Positions 45,480 through 54,275 of a DNA stretch of 64,000 nt are shown here, in pieces (position 1 is the stretch's first letter; the number at the start of each line of letters is the position of its first letter). Made by a program: the position numbers and the translations under genes. The stretch lies in the NCBI GenBank assembly GCA_910578255.1, contig CAJTQM010000001.1, positions 27,488-91,487 on the forward strand. The letters run 5' to 3'. The DNA is from an uncultured Oscillospiraceae bacterium. GTDB lineage: Bacteria > Bacillota > Clostridia > Oscillospirales > Ruminococcaceae. The notes beneath the pieces were generated by a model, which was not told where the DNA came from, ran no database searches, and saw only the letters and a list, made by a program, of their open reading frames with translations.

Positions 45480-45983
45480 TTATGTCCGGCTCTTTTTGGG
45501 CCGGGGCGGCAGCTTACCGCCGCTGGGAGCGCTTGCTCCCGGCTTTGGGTGGTCGGGACGGTGGTTGGACCTGTTTCCGCCAGGACCCGCCTTTTTGGCT
45601 TCTGCGGCTTTTGCCCCGCCGGCCGGCGTCCGCCCCTTCTTTTGGACCGGCGGCAGATTTTTGGACCGGTCAAAAAACAGCGGGGTCCAGCCCAGCAGTT
45701 CGCCGTCGCCGTATTCCCCGTCCGGCCGAACCAAAACCTGGACCACCTCCGCCCAACGCTCTTTGGGATTGCCCAGGGTGTGGTACTTTCCCTCGCCGGC
45801 AACGGCCAGCGTCACCCCGTTGTCCAGCTGCACCCGGGTGTTCCCCAGCTCCATGCCGTCGACAATCCGGATTTTTCGCGGGTCCACCTCCCGCTCTTCG
45901 CCGGTAAAGCAGTCGATTACAACCGTCTTTTTGACCGTCTTTTGACCGGCGCCATTTCTTGGTTGGGAAGAATTCTTTTTCAT
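45480..45983 (-). CDS. Hypothetical protein with a basic Pro/Gly/Lys-rich C-terminal tail
   Basis: The ATG at 45983 lies 9 nt after AAGGAG. I recognise no family. Confidence 0.5.
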   Translation of the reverse strand: MKKNSSQPRNGAGQKTVKKTVVIDCFTGEEREVDPRKIRIVDGMELGNTRVQLDNGVTLAVAGEGKYHTLGNPKERWAEVVQVLVRPDGEYGDGELLGWTPLFFDRSKNLPPVQKKGRTPAGGAKAAEAKKAGPGGNRSNHRPDHPKPGASAPSGGKLPPRPKKSRT

Positions 45984-46093
45984 TTGTCCCGCGCTCCTTA
46001 TACTTTCTTTTTCTATCATACTGCGGAAGAGAAAATTTGGCAACCGAAGGTTCGCTGCCGCTTCCGGCTAGGACCCTTGGGTAAGGGGGAAAA

Positions 46094-46714
46094 TCACCGC
46101 GCCGCCTTTTCCATCCAGCTATCCAAAAAAGCAAGCTGTTCCTTGGTGTGGAACCAATGTTCCCCCTGTTTCAGAACCGTGAGGCCCGCAGGGTGATGGC
46201 GGATAAAGTTTTCGACGGTCTGAAAAGAGACGAGACGGTCGTTTTCCCCATAGAGGATTTCTGTGGGAACCTCCCATACGATAGGGTGTTCCCGGACAAA
46301 GCATAGATACTCCCAGGATAAGGTCTCCCCAAAATCCGTAAGGATTTCCCCCCGCTGGCGCAGTTTCTGTTCCGATACGTTCGCCCAGCCCATCATGTCC
46401 TTTATCAGCCGTTCCATATCCAGCACCGGCGAGATGAACAAGGCTTTTTCTATGGGGCGGTCCTGCAGCGCGAACATGGCAAAGTAGGCACCGATGCTGT
46501 TGGCGAGCACGAAAATACGCCCATATTTCTCCCGCGCCTGATCGTAAGCGGCCCAAATGGGATCCTGCACGGTCCAGGGAGGCCCGTCCCGGTAATCGAC
46601 CCCAATCATCGCAAAATCCGGGCAGCTTTTTTGGTATTGCTGGGCCTCCAAGGAATTTCCGCCCTTGCCGTGGATATAAAGCATCGCCTTTTTCAAAAAA
46701 CCGCCTCCCGTCAT
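46094..46714 (-). CDS. Alpha/beta hydrolase family protein
   Basis: LYIHGKGG, the nucleophile-elbow-like LANSIGAY, and a C-terminal GEHWF. The start is uncertain (46714 or 46684). Confidence 0.65.
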   Translation of the reverse strand: MTGGGFLKKAMLYIHGKGGNSLEAQQYQKSCPDFAMIGVDYRDGPPWTVQDPIWAAYDQAREKYGRIFVLANSIGAYFAMFALQDRPIEKALFISPVLDMERLIKDMMGWANVSEQKLRQRGEILTDFGETLSWEYLCFVREHPIVWEVPTEILYGENDRLVSFQTVENFIRHHPAGLTVLKQGEHWFHTKEQLAFLDSWMEKAAR

Positions 46715-46857
46715 TCTTTGTCAGGTCCATTGTATCTTCGTTTTTTCAAAATGTCAAAAATTTTTCAGCTTCCGGCGCCAAAAGCGCAAAATGGACTTTT
46801 CTTGCGGGCCGATCAATGGTATACTAAAACCAACGATTTACCGCAAGGAGGATTTTT

Positions 46858-48093
46858 ATGACCCCGGTTTTAGACAGATTTTTAAAGTATGTTAGCTTTG
46901 ATACCCAGTCCGCTCCCGGTGCGGACTGCTTCCCCAGTACGGAAAAGCAGAAGACGCTGGCCCGGTATCTGGTGGAGGAGCTCAAGGGCATCGGCATTGC
47001 CGACGCGGCCATGGACGAATTCGGTTACGTCACCGGAACACTGCCCTCCAACGTGGACTTTGACGTTCCGGTTTTCGGCTTTATTTCCCATATGGATACC
47101 TCTCCAGACATGCCCGGCAACAACATCAAGCCCCAGGTGATCAAAAACTACGACGGTGGCGACATTGTGTTAAATAAGGAATTGGGCATTGTGCTAAGCC
47201 CCAAAAACTTCCCCAAAATGCTGATGTATAAGGGAAAGGACCTGATCACCACCGACGGCACCACCCTGTTAGGGGCCGACAATAAGGCGGGCGTCACCGC
47301 GATTGTGGGGATGGCGGAGTATCTGCTGGAGCATCCGGAAATAAAACACGGCACCATTAAAATCGGCTTTACGCCGGACGAAGAGGTAGGCACCGGCGTG
47401 GACCACTTCGACGTGGAGAAGTTCGGCGCGCAGTTTGCCTACACGGTGGACGGCGGCACCATCGGCAGCCTGGAGTACGACAACTTCAACGCCTCCTCCG
47501 CCAAGGTGCATATTAACGGACAGAGCGTTCATCCCGGCTCGGCCAAGGGAAAGCTGGTCAGCGCCCTTTTGGTGGGCATGGAATTTCAGGGGATGCTGCC
47601 GGTCTTCGAAAACCCCGCCTATACCGAAGGGCACGAGGGCTTCAGCCACCTAGGCTCTATGAAGGGCAATGTGGAAACAGCGGATCTGTCCTACATCCTG
47701 CGCGACCATGACTCGGCCAAGCTGGAAAAGAAGAAGGAGACCTTCCGCAAAATCGCCGCTTACTTAAACGATAAATACGGCGAAAACACCGTTGAGGTGA
47801 CCATCACCGACTCCTACCGCAACATGAAAGAGCAGATTCTCAACAACATGTATATTGTAGACGCAGCCAAGGAGGCTATTGAGCGGGTTGGCGTCCAGGT
47901 GATCAGCGGTCCGGTCCGCGGCGGCACCGACGGCGCGCGCCTTTCGTTTATGGGACTGCCCTGCCCCAATCTGGGGGCGGCCAGCCACAGCGCCCATGGA
48001 AAATATGAATACACCTGCGTACAGGCGATGGAAAAGAATATCGAAATTCTGACCAGCATCGCCACCCGCATTTGTGAAATCCACGCAAAATAA
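46858..48093 (+). CDS. pepT: Peptidase T (tripeptide aminopeptidase)
   Basis: RFLKYV.FDTQS, ISHMDTSPD, GADNKAG and TPDEE(V/I)G are M20B PepT motifs. Confidence 0.9.
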   Translation: MTPVLDRFLKYVSFDTQSAPGADCFPSTEKQKTLARYLVEELKGIGIADAAMDEFGYVTGTLPSNVDFDVPVFGFISHMDTSPDMPGNNIKPQVIKNYDGGDIVLNKELGIVLSPKNFPKMLMYKGKDLITTDGTTLLGADNKAGVTAIVGMAEYLLEHPEIKHGTIKIGFTPDEEVGTGVDHFDVEKFGAQFAYTVDGGTIGSLEYDNFNASSAKVHINGQSVHPGSAKGKLVSALLVGMEFQGMLPVFENPAYTEGHEGFSHLGSMKGNVETADLSYILRDHDSAKLEKKKETFRKIAAYLNDKYGENTVEVTITDSYRNMKEQILNNMYIVDAAKEAIERVGVQVISGPVRGGTDGARLSFMGLPCPNLGAASHSAHGKYEYTCVQAMEKNIEILTSIATRICEIHAK

Positions 48094-48109
48094 CCGGCAA
48101 AACGCAGGG

Positions 48110-48140
48110 AAAAAACAGTCTGGAAACGGGCTGTTTTTTC
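48110..48140 (+). terminator. Terminator after pepT
   Basis: AACAGTC ... GGCTGTT stem (with a wobble pair) followed by TTTTTT. Confidence 0.55.
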
Positions 48141-48254
48141 TTGTTTTTCACCGGCTTTTGCCGGGTCTTTCAATCGCCGGCGGAGATACCCTTGACCAAC
48201 CGCCCAAAGGGCGGTACAATTTACGGTAAAACAAATGGGAAGGCGGCAAAACGG

Positions 48255-49421
48255 ATGACGGACCTTCTGGTAAGACTTTTTGTAAAGAACGCGGATCAGA
48301 CAGGGTCCCCCAAGGTGCGGGAACGGTACGGAATGCTTAGCAGCTGGGTGGCGATTGTCTGCAATCTTCTTTTGTTCACGGCAAAATTCATTCTGGGCAT
48401 GATTTCCAACTCCATCGCCATCACCGGCGACGCGTTTAACAACCTGTCGGACGTGGGCAGCGGCGCGGCGACCTTCATCGGGTTTAAAGCGGCCTCCGTC
48501 CCGGCGGACGAGGACCATCCCTTTGGGCATGGGCGGATTGAGTACGTCAGCGGACTGGTCATCACCTTTCTGGTGTTTTTGGTGGGGATCGACGTGATCC
48601 AAAGCGCCTTTGGCAAGATCCTGCACCCGGAGCCGGTGGAGTTCAGCGTCTTTGTCATCGCCGGTCTGGCTTTATCCATTCTGGTCAAGCTGTGGATGAG
48701 CGCTTTTAACCGCAAGCTGGATAAAAAAATTGATTCCGGCGCTCTGCGGGCGGCGGCGCAGGACAGTCTGAACGACTGCATTTCCACCGGCGCCACTACC
48801 CTGGGAATTTTGATCGCCCGATTTTTGCCCTTTTCCATCGACGGATACCTGGGACTGATGGTGGGCGGATTCATCCTCTATTCGGGCTATGGACTGGCCA
48901 AGGATACCATCAGCCCGCTTTTGGGGCAGAAGCCGGACCCGGAACTGGTCCACCGGCTGTACGACATGATTTTGGGCTATCCCGAGATCACCGGCGTACA
49001 CGATTTGGTCCTGCACGACTACGGCCCCGGGCGGATGATGGGCAGCGCCCATGTGGAGGTATCCCGCACCATCGACGTGATGCAGGCCCACGACGCGATC
49101 GACAACGCGGAAAAGCATGTACAGGCGGTTTTGCATATGCCGTTTGTGCTGCATTACGATCCCATTGCCGACGACTGCGAGGAGACGATCGCCATGCGCA
49201 AAAGGGTTGAGGAGATCGCCTCCCAGGTAAACCGGGAAATGACCATCCACGATTTTCGGATGGTGCCGGGTCCCACCCACACCAATCTGATTTTCGATTT
49301 GGTGGTCCCTCAGGGGGAGAACCGGAAAAATGGGGAACTGAAAAAGGAGATCGACAGCCGTCTGCAAGGAGAAAAGGAAACCTACTTTACAGTGATTACC
49401 TTTGACCGTAATTATATTTAA
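48255..49421 (+). CDS. Cation diffusion facilitator family transporter
   Basis: The internal ATG at 48255 is used. SIAITGDAFNNLSD and DHPFGHGRIEY are CDF motifs. A cytoplasmic C-terminal domain follows. Confidence 0.85.
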   Translation: MTDLLVRLFVKNADQTGSPKVRERYGMLSSWVAIVCNLLLFTAKFILGMISNSIAITGDAFNNLSDVGSGAATFIGFKAASVPADEDHPFGHGRIEYVSGLVITFLVFLVGIDVIQSAFGKILHPEPVEFSVFVIAGLALSILVKLWMSAFNRKLDKKIDSGALRAAAQDSLNDCISTGATTLGILIARFLPFSIDGYLGLMVGGFILYSGYGLAKDTISPLLGQKPDPELVHRLYDMILGYPEITGVHDLVLHDYGPGRMMGSAHVEVSRTIDVMQAHDAIDNAEKHVQAVLHMPFVLHYDPIADDCEETIAMRKRVEEIASQVNREMTIHDFRMVPGPTHTNLIFDLVVPQGENRKNGELKKEIDSRLQGEKETYFTVITFDRNYI

Positions 49422-49454
49422 GGCGGACCTTTTGGCGCGCCGTATAACCGTATA

Positions 49455-49487
49455 AAAACGCCGGTAAGATTTTTTGCCGGCGTTTTG
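49455..49487 (+). terminator. Terminator after the CDF transporter gene
   Basis: AACGCCGG ... CCGGCGTT stem followed by TTTT. Confidence 0.65.
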
Positions 49488-49836
49488 CCGCTTGTTTGGG
49501 GCCGGGATTTTCTGTGATACCGGCCTTGGCGACGCAGCAAACCGCCTTTGGATACTGTCCAAAGGCGGTTTGTGCAAATTGCGGACCATCCATCCGGGAA
49601 GGGGCTGTTGGGAAAAGCGCCATCCCCAAAAAGGCGGCCATGCCCGCCGGTGAAGCCGGCGTTTTATAAAAGAAAACAGCCGCCGGCCTGAACAGCACCG
49701 GCAGGCGTGCAATTTCGAAAAAATCAAGACGCAAAGGGAAAAAAGAGGCGCAGGGACGGTTCTCTTTTTGCGTCCGGCGCGACAGTTCGCTTCCGCCCCC
49801 AATTTTTATAAAAAAACGCATTTTCTCTCTTATTAT

Positions 49837-49879
49837 AGTAAAGATATTTACTAAAAGCAATAGTAAATATCTTTACTAT
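49837..49879. promoter_or_regulatory. Twin palindromic operator-like sites TAGTAAAGATATTTACTA / TAGTAAATATCTTTACTA
   Basis: Two 18-bp 7-4-7 palindromes separated by 7 nt. They are exact reverse complements of each other and end ~20-35 nt upstream of the XRE gene start. Confidence 0.6.
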
Positions 49880-49913
49880 GCTAACATTTTGAAAAAGAAT
49901 GTTGGTGAGAGAA

Positions 49914-50150
49914 ATGTCTTCTTATATGCAGCGTCTGCGCAACCTGCGGGAGGATCATGACCTGACCCAGGCGCAGGTGGCGAAGGTTTTGGGAACCTCC
50001 CAGACCATGTATGCCCGCTATGAAAGAGGGGCCAGCGAACTGCCCATCCGGCACCTGATCGCCTTATGCCGCCATTACCAGGTTTCGGCGGACTTTGTGC
50101 TGGGGCTGAAGCCGCCTGAGAACCGTTTGGGTCAAAAGCGCGGGGGATAA
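49914..50150 (+). CDS. XRE family helix-turn-helix transcriptional regulator
   Basis: RLRNLREDHDLTQAQVAKVLGTSQTMYARYERG is the Cro/C1 HTH. The start could be 49899 or 49914. I prefer 49914 because it follows GGTGAGAG. Confidence 0.75.
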   Translation: MSSYMQRLRNLREDHDLTQAQVAKVLGTSQTMYARYERGASELPIRHLIALCRHYQVSADFVLGLKPPENRLGQKRGG

Positions 50151-50239
50151 GTCCTGCGGGGAAGAGCCGCCAGGTCCTGGCGAGGGGAAAAAGAATCCCC
50201 GGGGAAGGAGCGTCCTTCTCCGGGGGAGAGAGTTGGCGG

Positions 50240-51283
50240 TTAAAGAATCTGACTTTGGATGTATCCGCCGCCCAGGACCCAGTCCCCATCGTACAAAACG
50301 CAGGACTGGCCGGGGGCAGGAGCGCGCTGGGGGGTATCGAATAGCACCTGGGCCCCGCCGTTTTCCAAAGGGGTGACAGTGGCCGGGGCTTCTTTGGCGG
50401 CGGAGCGGATTTTGGCTCCGGCCCGCAGCGGTCCGTCCGGCCGGTCGAAGGGAATCCAACGGCAGTCCCGCAGAAGAACGCCGGCGGCAAATTCTTCTCC
50501 GGACTCGCCCAAATAGATGCGGTTGGTCTGCGGGTCCATGGACCGGATAAACACCGGCCTGCCCAGGGCGATGCCCAGACCCTTTCGCTGGCCTACGGTG
50601 TAATGCAAAAGACCTTTATGCCGCCCGCAGATCGCGCCGTCCGGGCCGATAAAATCCCCCTGGGGCATGGGGCCGAATTGCTTTTCGATGTAGGCCGGAT
50701 AGTCGTTGTCCGGGATAAAGCAGATCTCCTGGCTGTCCGGCGCGTTGGCGCAGGGGAGTCCTTCCCGGGCGGCGATGGCGCGCACCTCGTCTTTAGAAAG
50801 GACCTCCAGCGGCAGAGACAGTAAAGAAAGCTGTTCCTGGCTTAACCGGTACAGCATGTAGGATTGATCCCGGGGGAGAAACGCCGCCTTTTTCAGTAAG
50901 TACCGCCCCTCCCGCTGCCGGACGCCGGCGTAATGACCGGTGACCACCTGGCAAAAGCCCCGGGCTTTCGCCTCCCGATAAAGAAGGGCGAATTTGGTGG
51001 AGGGATTGCAAAGGATGCAGGGATTGGGCGTTTCCCCCCGGCGATAGGCTTCGGCCCAGGGGCAGACCACCTCCCGCTGGAACCACTCCTCCTCCCGGGC
51101 CACGATCAAGGGGATATCCATGGCCCGGGCCACGGATTCGGCAGCCCGGACGGTCCCTTCATGGGCAGGGGAGAGACTGAGCACCAGGCCGGTGACGTCG
51201 CAGCCCTGCCGCTTCATCAAGGAGACGCAGACCGAGGAATCCACCCCGCCGGAAAGGGCCACCAGCACTTTTTTACCGTTCAC
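50240..51283 (-). CDS. mnmA: tRNA 2-thiouridine(34) synthase
   Basis: PP-loop VALSGGVDSSV, NPCI.CN, and a typical MnmA C-terminus. Confidence 0.9.
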   Translation of the reverse strand: MNGKKVLVALSGGVDSSVCVSLMKRQGCDVTGLVLSLSPAHEGTVRAAESVARAMDIPLIVAREEEWFQREVVCPWAEAYRRGETPNPCILCNPSTKFALLYREAKARGFCQVVTGHYAGVRQREGRYLLKKAAFLPRDQSYMLYRLSQEQLSLLSLPLEVLSKDEVRAIAAREGLPCANAPDSQEICFIPDNDYPAYIEKQFGPMPQGDFIGPDGAICGRHKGLLHYTVGQRKGLGIALGRPVFIRSMDPQTNRIYLGESGEEFAAGVLLRDCRWIPFDRPDGPLRAGAKIRSAAKEAPATVTPLENGGAQVLFDTPQRAPAPGQSCVLYDGDWVLGGGYIQSQIL

Positions 51284-51710
51284 AGGCCAGATGCTCCTCG
51301 TCCGGGTCCTTCAATTCGCCAACAAAGGGGGTGGGGTCGATCCCCTGGCGGGTATAGTAGTCGGCCAGGGCGGTTTTGATCGCCTGCTCCGCCAGCACCG
51401 AGCAATGGATTTTTACCGGCGGCAGACCCTCCAGCGCCTCGACCACCGCGCTGTTGGTCAGCTTGAGCGCATCCTCCACCGTTTTGCCCTTGATCATTTC
51501 GGTGGCCATGGAACTGGTGGCGATGGCCGCGCCGCAGCCGAAGGTTTTAAACTTCACGTCCTCGATGACGCCGTTTTCAATTTTCAGATACATTTTCATA
51601 ATATCGCCGCATTTGGCGTTGCCCACTTCACCTACGCCGTTGGCGTCCGGGATTTCCCCCACGTTGCGGGGATTGGTGAAATGATCCATTACTTTTTCCG
51701 AGTACAGCAT
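51273..51710 (-). CDS. nifU: NifU/IscU-type Fe-S cluster scaffold
   Basis: HF.NPRNVG, CGD and FGCGAAIA.SS are scaffold cysteine motifs. Confidence 0.9.
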   Translation of the reverse strand: MLYSEKVMDHFTNPRNVGEIPDANGVGEVGNAKCGDIMKMYLKIENGVIEDVKFKTFGCGAAIATSSMATEMIKGKTVEDALKLTNSAVVEALEGLPPVKIHCSVLAEQAIKTALADYYTRQGIDPTPFVGELKDPDEEHLACER

Positions 51711-51725
51711 GGCAAAAAATCCTCC

Positions 51726-52919
51726 TTACGCTTTTGTAATCCGTTCCCACAAGGGGGACATGGCCCGCAGCCGGCTGATGACGCCGGGCAGGACCTCCAG
51801 GATATAATCTACGTCCTCCATGGTGTTTTCGTCGCTGAGACTCAGCCGCAGGGAGCCGTGGGCCACCTCGTGCGCCAGACCGATGCCCAAAAGCACGTGG
51901 CTGGGGTCCAGGGAGCCGGAGGTACAGGCGGAGCCGGAGGAGGCGCAGACGCCCAGGGTGTCCAGCGACAGAAGCAGAGCCTCGCCCTCCACCCCCTCGA
52001 AGGAGAAGTTGACGTTGCCGGGCAGCCGGCGGACCGGGTCGCCGTTTAAGCGCGCCCGCTCGATGGGCGAAATCCCCGCGATCAGCCGGTCGCGCATGGC
52101 GGTCAGCCGGGCGGCCCGGCCGGGGATGTCGGCGCAGGCGGCCTCGATGGCCGTACCCAGTCCCACGATGGCGGCGATGTTTTCGGTGCCGGCCCGGCGG
52201 CCCCGCTCCTGGGCACCGCCGTCGATCAGGTTGGGAAGGCGGATGCCTTTGCGGCAGTATAGGGCGCCGATGCCTTTCTGGGCGTGGATTTTGTGGCCGG
52301 ACAAGGAAAGCAGGTCGATATTCTGCTCGACCACATTGATGGGAACGCTGCCCACGGCCTGGACCGCGTCGGTGTGAAACAGTACCCCGTGCTTTCGGCA
52401 TACGGCGCCGATTTGGGGAATGGGCTGGATGGTGCCGATTTCGTTGTTGGCATACATGATGCTGACCAGCGCCGTGTCCTCCCGCAGGGCGGCCTCTACC
52501 TGCTCGGCGGTGACCAGTCCCTGTTCGCTGACCGGCAGGTAGGTGACCGAAAAGCCCTCCTTTTCCAGGGCGTCGCAGGTGTGCAGCACCGCGTGATGCT
52601 CAAACACGGTGGTGACGATGTGCTTTTTTCCCTCTTTGGCCATCAGGTGAGCGGCGCCTTTAATCGCCCAGTTGTCCGCCTCGGAGCCGCCGGAGGTAAA
52701 ATAGACCTCCACCGGGTAGTCTGGGCGGGACTGGGGGACGCCCAGGGCCTTTTCCACCTGGTGACGGGCGTTTTCCATGGCAAGACGGGCCTCCCGGCCC
52801 TTTTGATAGATGCTGGAGGCGTTGCCGTACCCGTCGGTGAGCCAGGGCATCATGGCCTCGAGTACCGCCGGGGAGATTTTCGTGGTGGCCGCGTTGTCCG
52901 CGTACACAAATCGTTTCAT
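51726..52919 (-). CDS. nifS: Cysteine desulfurase NifS/IscS type
   Basis: Start moved to the ATG at 52919 ([13 protein letters not shown]). Also [17 protein letters not shown] (PLP Lys) and SSGSACTS (catalytic Cys). Confidence 0.9.
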   Translation of the reverse strand: MKRFVYADNAATTKISPAVLEAMMPWLTDGYGNASSIYQKGREARLAMENARHQVEKALGVPQSRPDYPVEVYFTSGGSEADNWAIKGAAHLMAKEGKKHIVTTVFEHHAVLHTCDALEKEGFSVTYLPVSEQGLVTAEQVEAALREDTALVSIMYANNEIGTIQPIPQIGAVCRKHGVLFHTDAVQAVGSVPINVVEQNIDLLSLSGHKIHAQKGIGALYCRKGIRLPNLIDGGAQERGRRAGTENIAAIVGLGTAIEAACADIPGRAARLTAMRDRLIAGISPIERARLNGDPVRRLPGNVNFSFEGVEGEALLLSLDTLGVCASSGSACTSGSLDPSHVLLGIGLAHEVAHGSLRLSLSDENTMEDVDYILEVLPGVISRLRAMSPLWERITKA

Positions 52920-52998
52920 GCTTTTCTCATCCTTTTTGCAATGGCATTGGATTTCATTTTTTCGGGAAGGTCTGGGAGACTTTCCCGTTTCCGACTTT

Positions 52999-53027
52999 AT
53001 AATATAGTAAATTGGTAGGAAATGCAA
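52999..53027 (-). promoter_or_regulatory. Promoter TTGCAT-17-TATTAT (minus strand) for nifS-nifU-mnmA
   Basis: The reverse complement of 52999-53027 reads TTGCAT, then 17 nt, then TATTAT, ~80 nt upstream of the nifS ATG. Confidence 0.5.
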
Positions 53028-53083
53028 GGGGCCTGGACAAATTTTTCCGCCGGTCCCGCCCGGGGGGGCGCGAAGATGCCTTT

Positions 53084-53527
53084 TTACCGGGAAAAATGAG
53101 AGGTGTAGTAGTCGACGGCCAGCCGGTCGCACAGCTCGTTTTCCGGATGGCCCGCATGGCCCTTGACCCAGCGGAAGGTGACGGTATGCCGGTCGCACAA
53201 ATCCAGCAGCGCCTGCCATAAATCGGCGTTGAGCGCGGGGGTTTTGTCGCTTTTGCGCCAGCCGTTGGCCCGCCATTTTTTGGCCCAGCCCTTTTCGATG
53301 CCGTTGACCACGTACTGGGAGTCGGTGGTCAGGGTAACCCGGCAGGGCTCTTTGAGGGCCGATAGGGCAAAGATGGCGGCCGAGAGTTCCATCCGGTTAT
53401 TGGTGGTTTTCTCTTCGCCGCCGCACAGCTGTTTTTCGGCGCCGCCAAAGCGCAGAAGCGCTCCCCACCCGCCGGGACCGGGGTTGCCGGAGCAAGCGCC
53501 GTCGGTAAAAATTTCGACCTGTTTCAT
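53084..53527 (-). CDS. rnhA: Ribonuclease HI
   Basis: The internal ATG at 53527 is used. [27 protein letters not shown] and KGHAGH.ENE.CD are RNase H motifs. Confidence 0.9.
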   Translation of the reverse strand: MKQVEIFTDGACSGNPGPGGWGALLRFGGAEKQLCGGEEKTTNNRMELSAAIFALSALKEPCRVTLTTDSQYVVNGIEKGWAKKWRANGWRKSDKTPALNADLWQALLDLCDRHTVTFRWVKGHAGHPENELCDRLAVDYYTSHFSR

Positions 53528-53732
53528 CTTTTGGCCATCCCTTTCATTGTTGCCGCCCATTCCTTTTCTCATGCGGAAAAAATTTCGACAAACGATTCTA
53601 CCAAATGATTATACAATGAAAATATGCCCAGAACAAGAAAAATCCTTTTTGCCAAGCTTAAAGGGGGCGGCAAAGCGCCATACTAAAAAGAAAGAGCCTG
53701 CCGGTTGGCGGCGGTGTTCGCGCAAGGGGGGC

Positions 53733-53761
53733 TTGACAGCACCCGCGCCAGCGGTTACACT
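53733..53761 (+). promoter_or_regulatory. Promoter TTGACA-17-TACACT, ~0.5 kb upstream of rnj
   Basis: Consensus -35 with exact spacing. There is no convincing coding ORF between it and the rnj GTG. Confidence 0.5.
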
Positions 53762-54275
53762 GGATAGAAAGATTGTGTTCGTGTTTTCTTTCTGAAAGTC
53801 TTTCCCTTTTTCTAAGAAGGGGAGAGCGGGCCGTTCACGTTAAATAAGAGTTTATGGACGGTTTTGTTTTTCAAAAGGACGCCGCGAAAGGACGCCGCGA
53901 AAATCTCCTTGGGCCTGGGGGCGGAAAAGGGCGCGGGGAAACAAGTTTGCAGGCGGAACGTCCGGCGATTGGTCAAACAAAAAAGGAGAAACGGCTGCTA
54001 AAAAAGCGCCGCCGCAAAGGGCGGACGTTTTTTAAAGTGCGGCGTACCGGCGGGGAGGACCCCGAGATCCGGCGGAAAGGGATTGTGCGCTTTTTAGAAA
54101 AGGCACCGGGAAAACAACAATCGGATAGAAAATCCGCAAAGGCAAAAACTTTGGAAAAACCGGCGGGCGCGGGGATTTTTCCTGTTCCAGCGCTTTTTAA
54201 AGGGCCGGGGAGATTTTCCCGGCTTTCGGCGGGGAAACCAAAGGCAGAAAACAACGAAAATTCGGAGGTAGTATT

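Noticed and set aside
45230-46196. Several 150-260-aa ORFs in both strands over 45230-46200
   Set aside because: They are Pro/Arg/Gly-rich and mutually overlapping. Only the minus-strand frame starting at 45983, which has an AAGGAG RBS and balanced composition in its N-terminal two thirds, looks like a gene.
51726-53276. 516-aa version of the nifS ORF with a 119-aa N-terminal extension
   Set aside because: The extension is Arg/Pro/Gly-rich and runs through the promoter region toward rnhA. The canonical [13 protein letters not shown] start at 52919 has its own RBS and gives a normal ~397-aa cysteine desulfurase.
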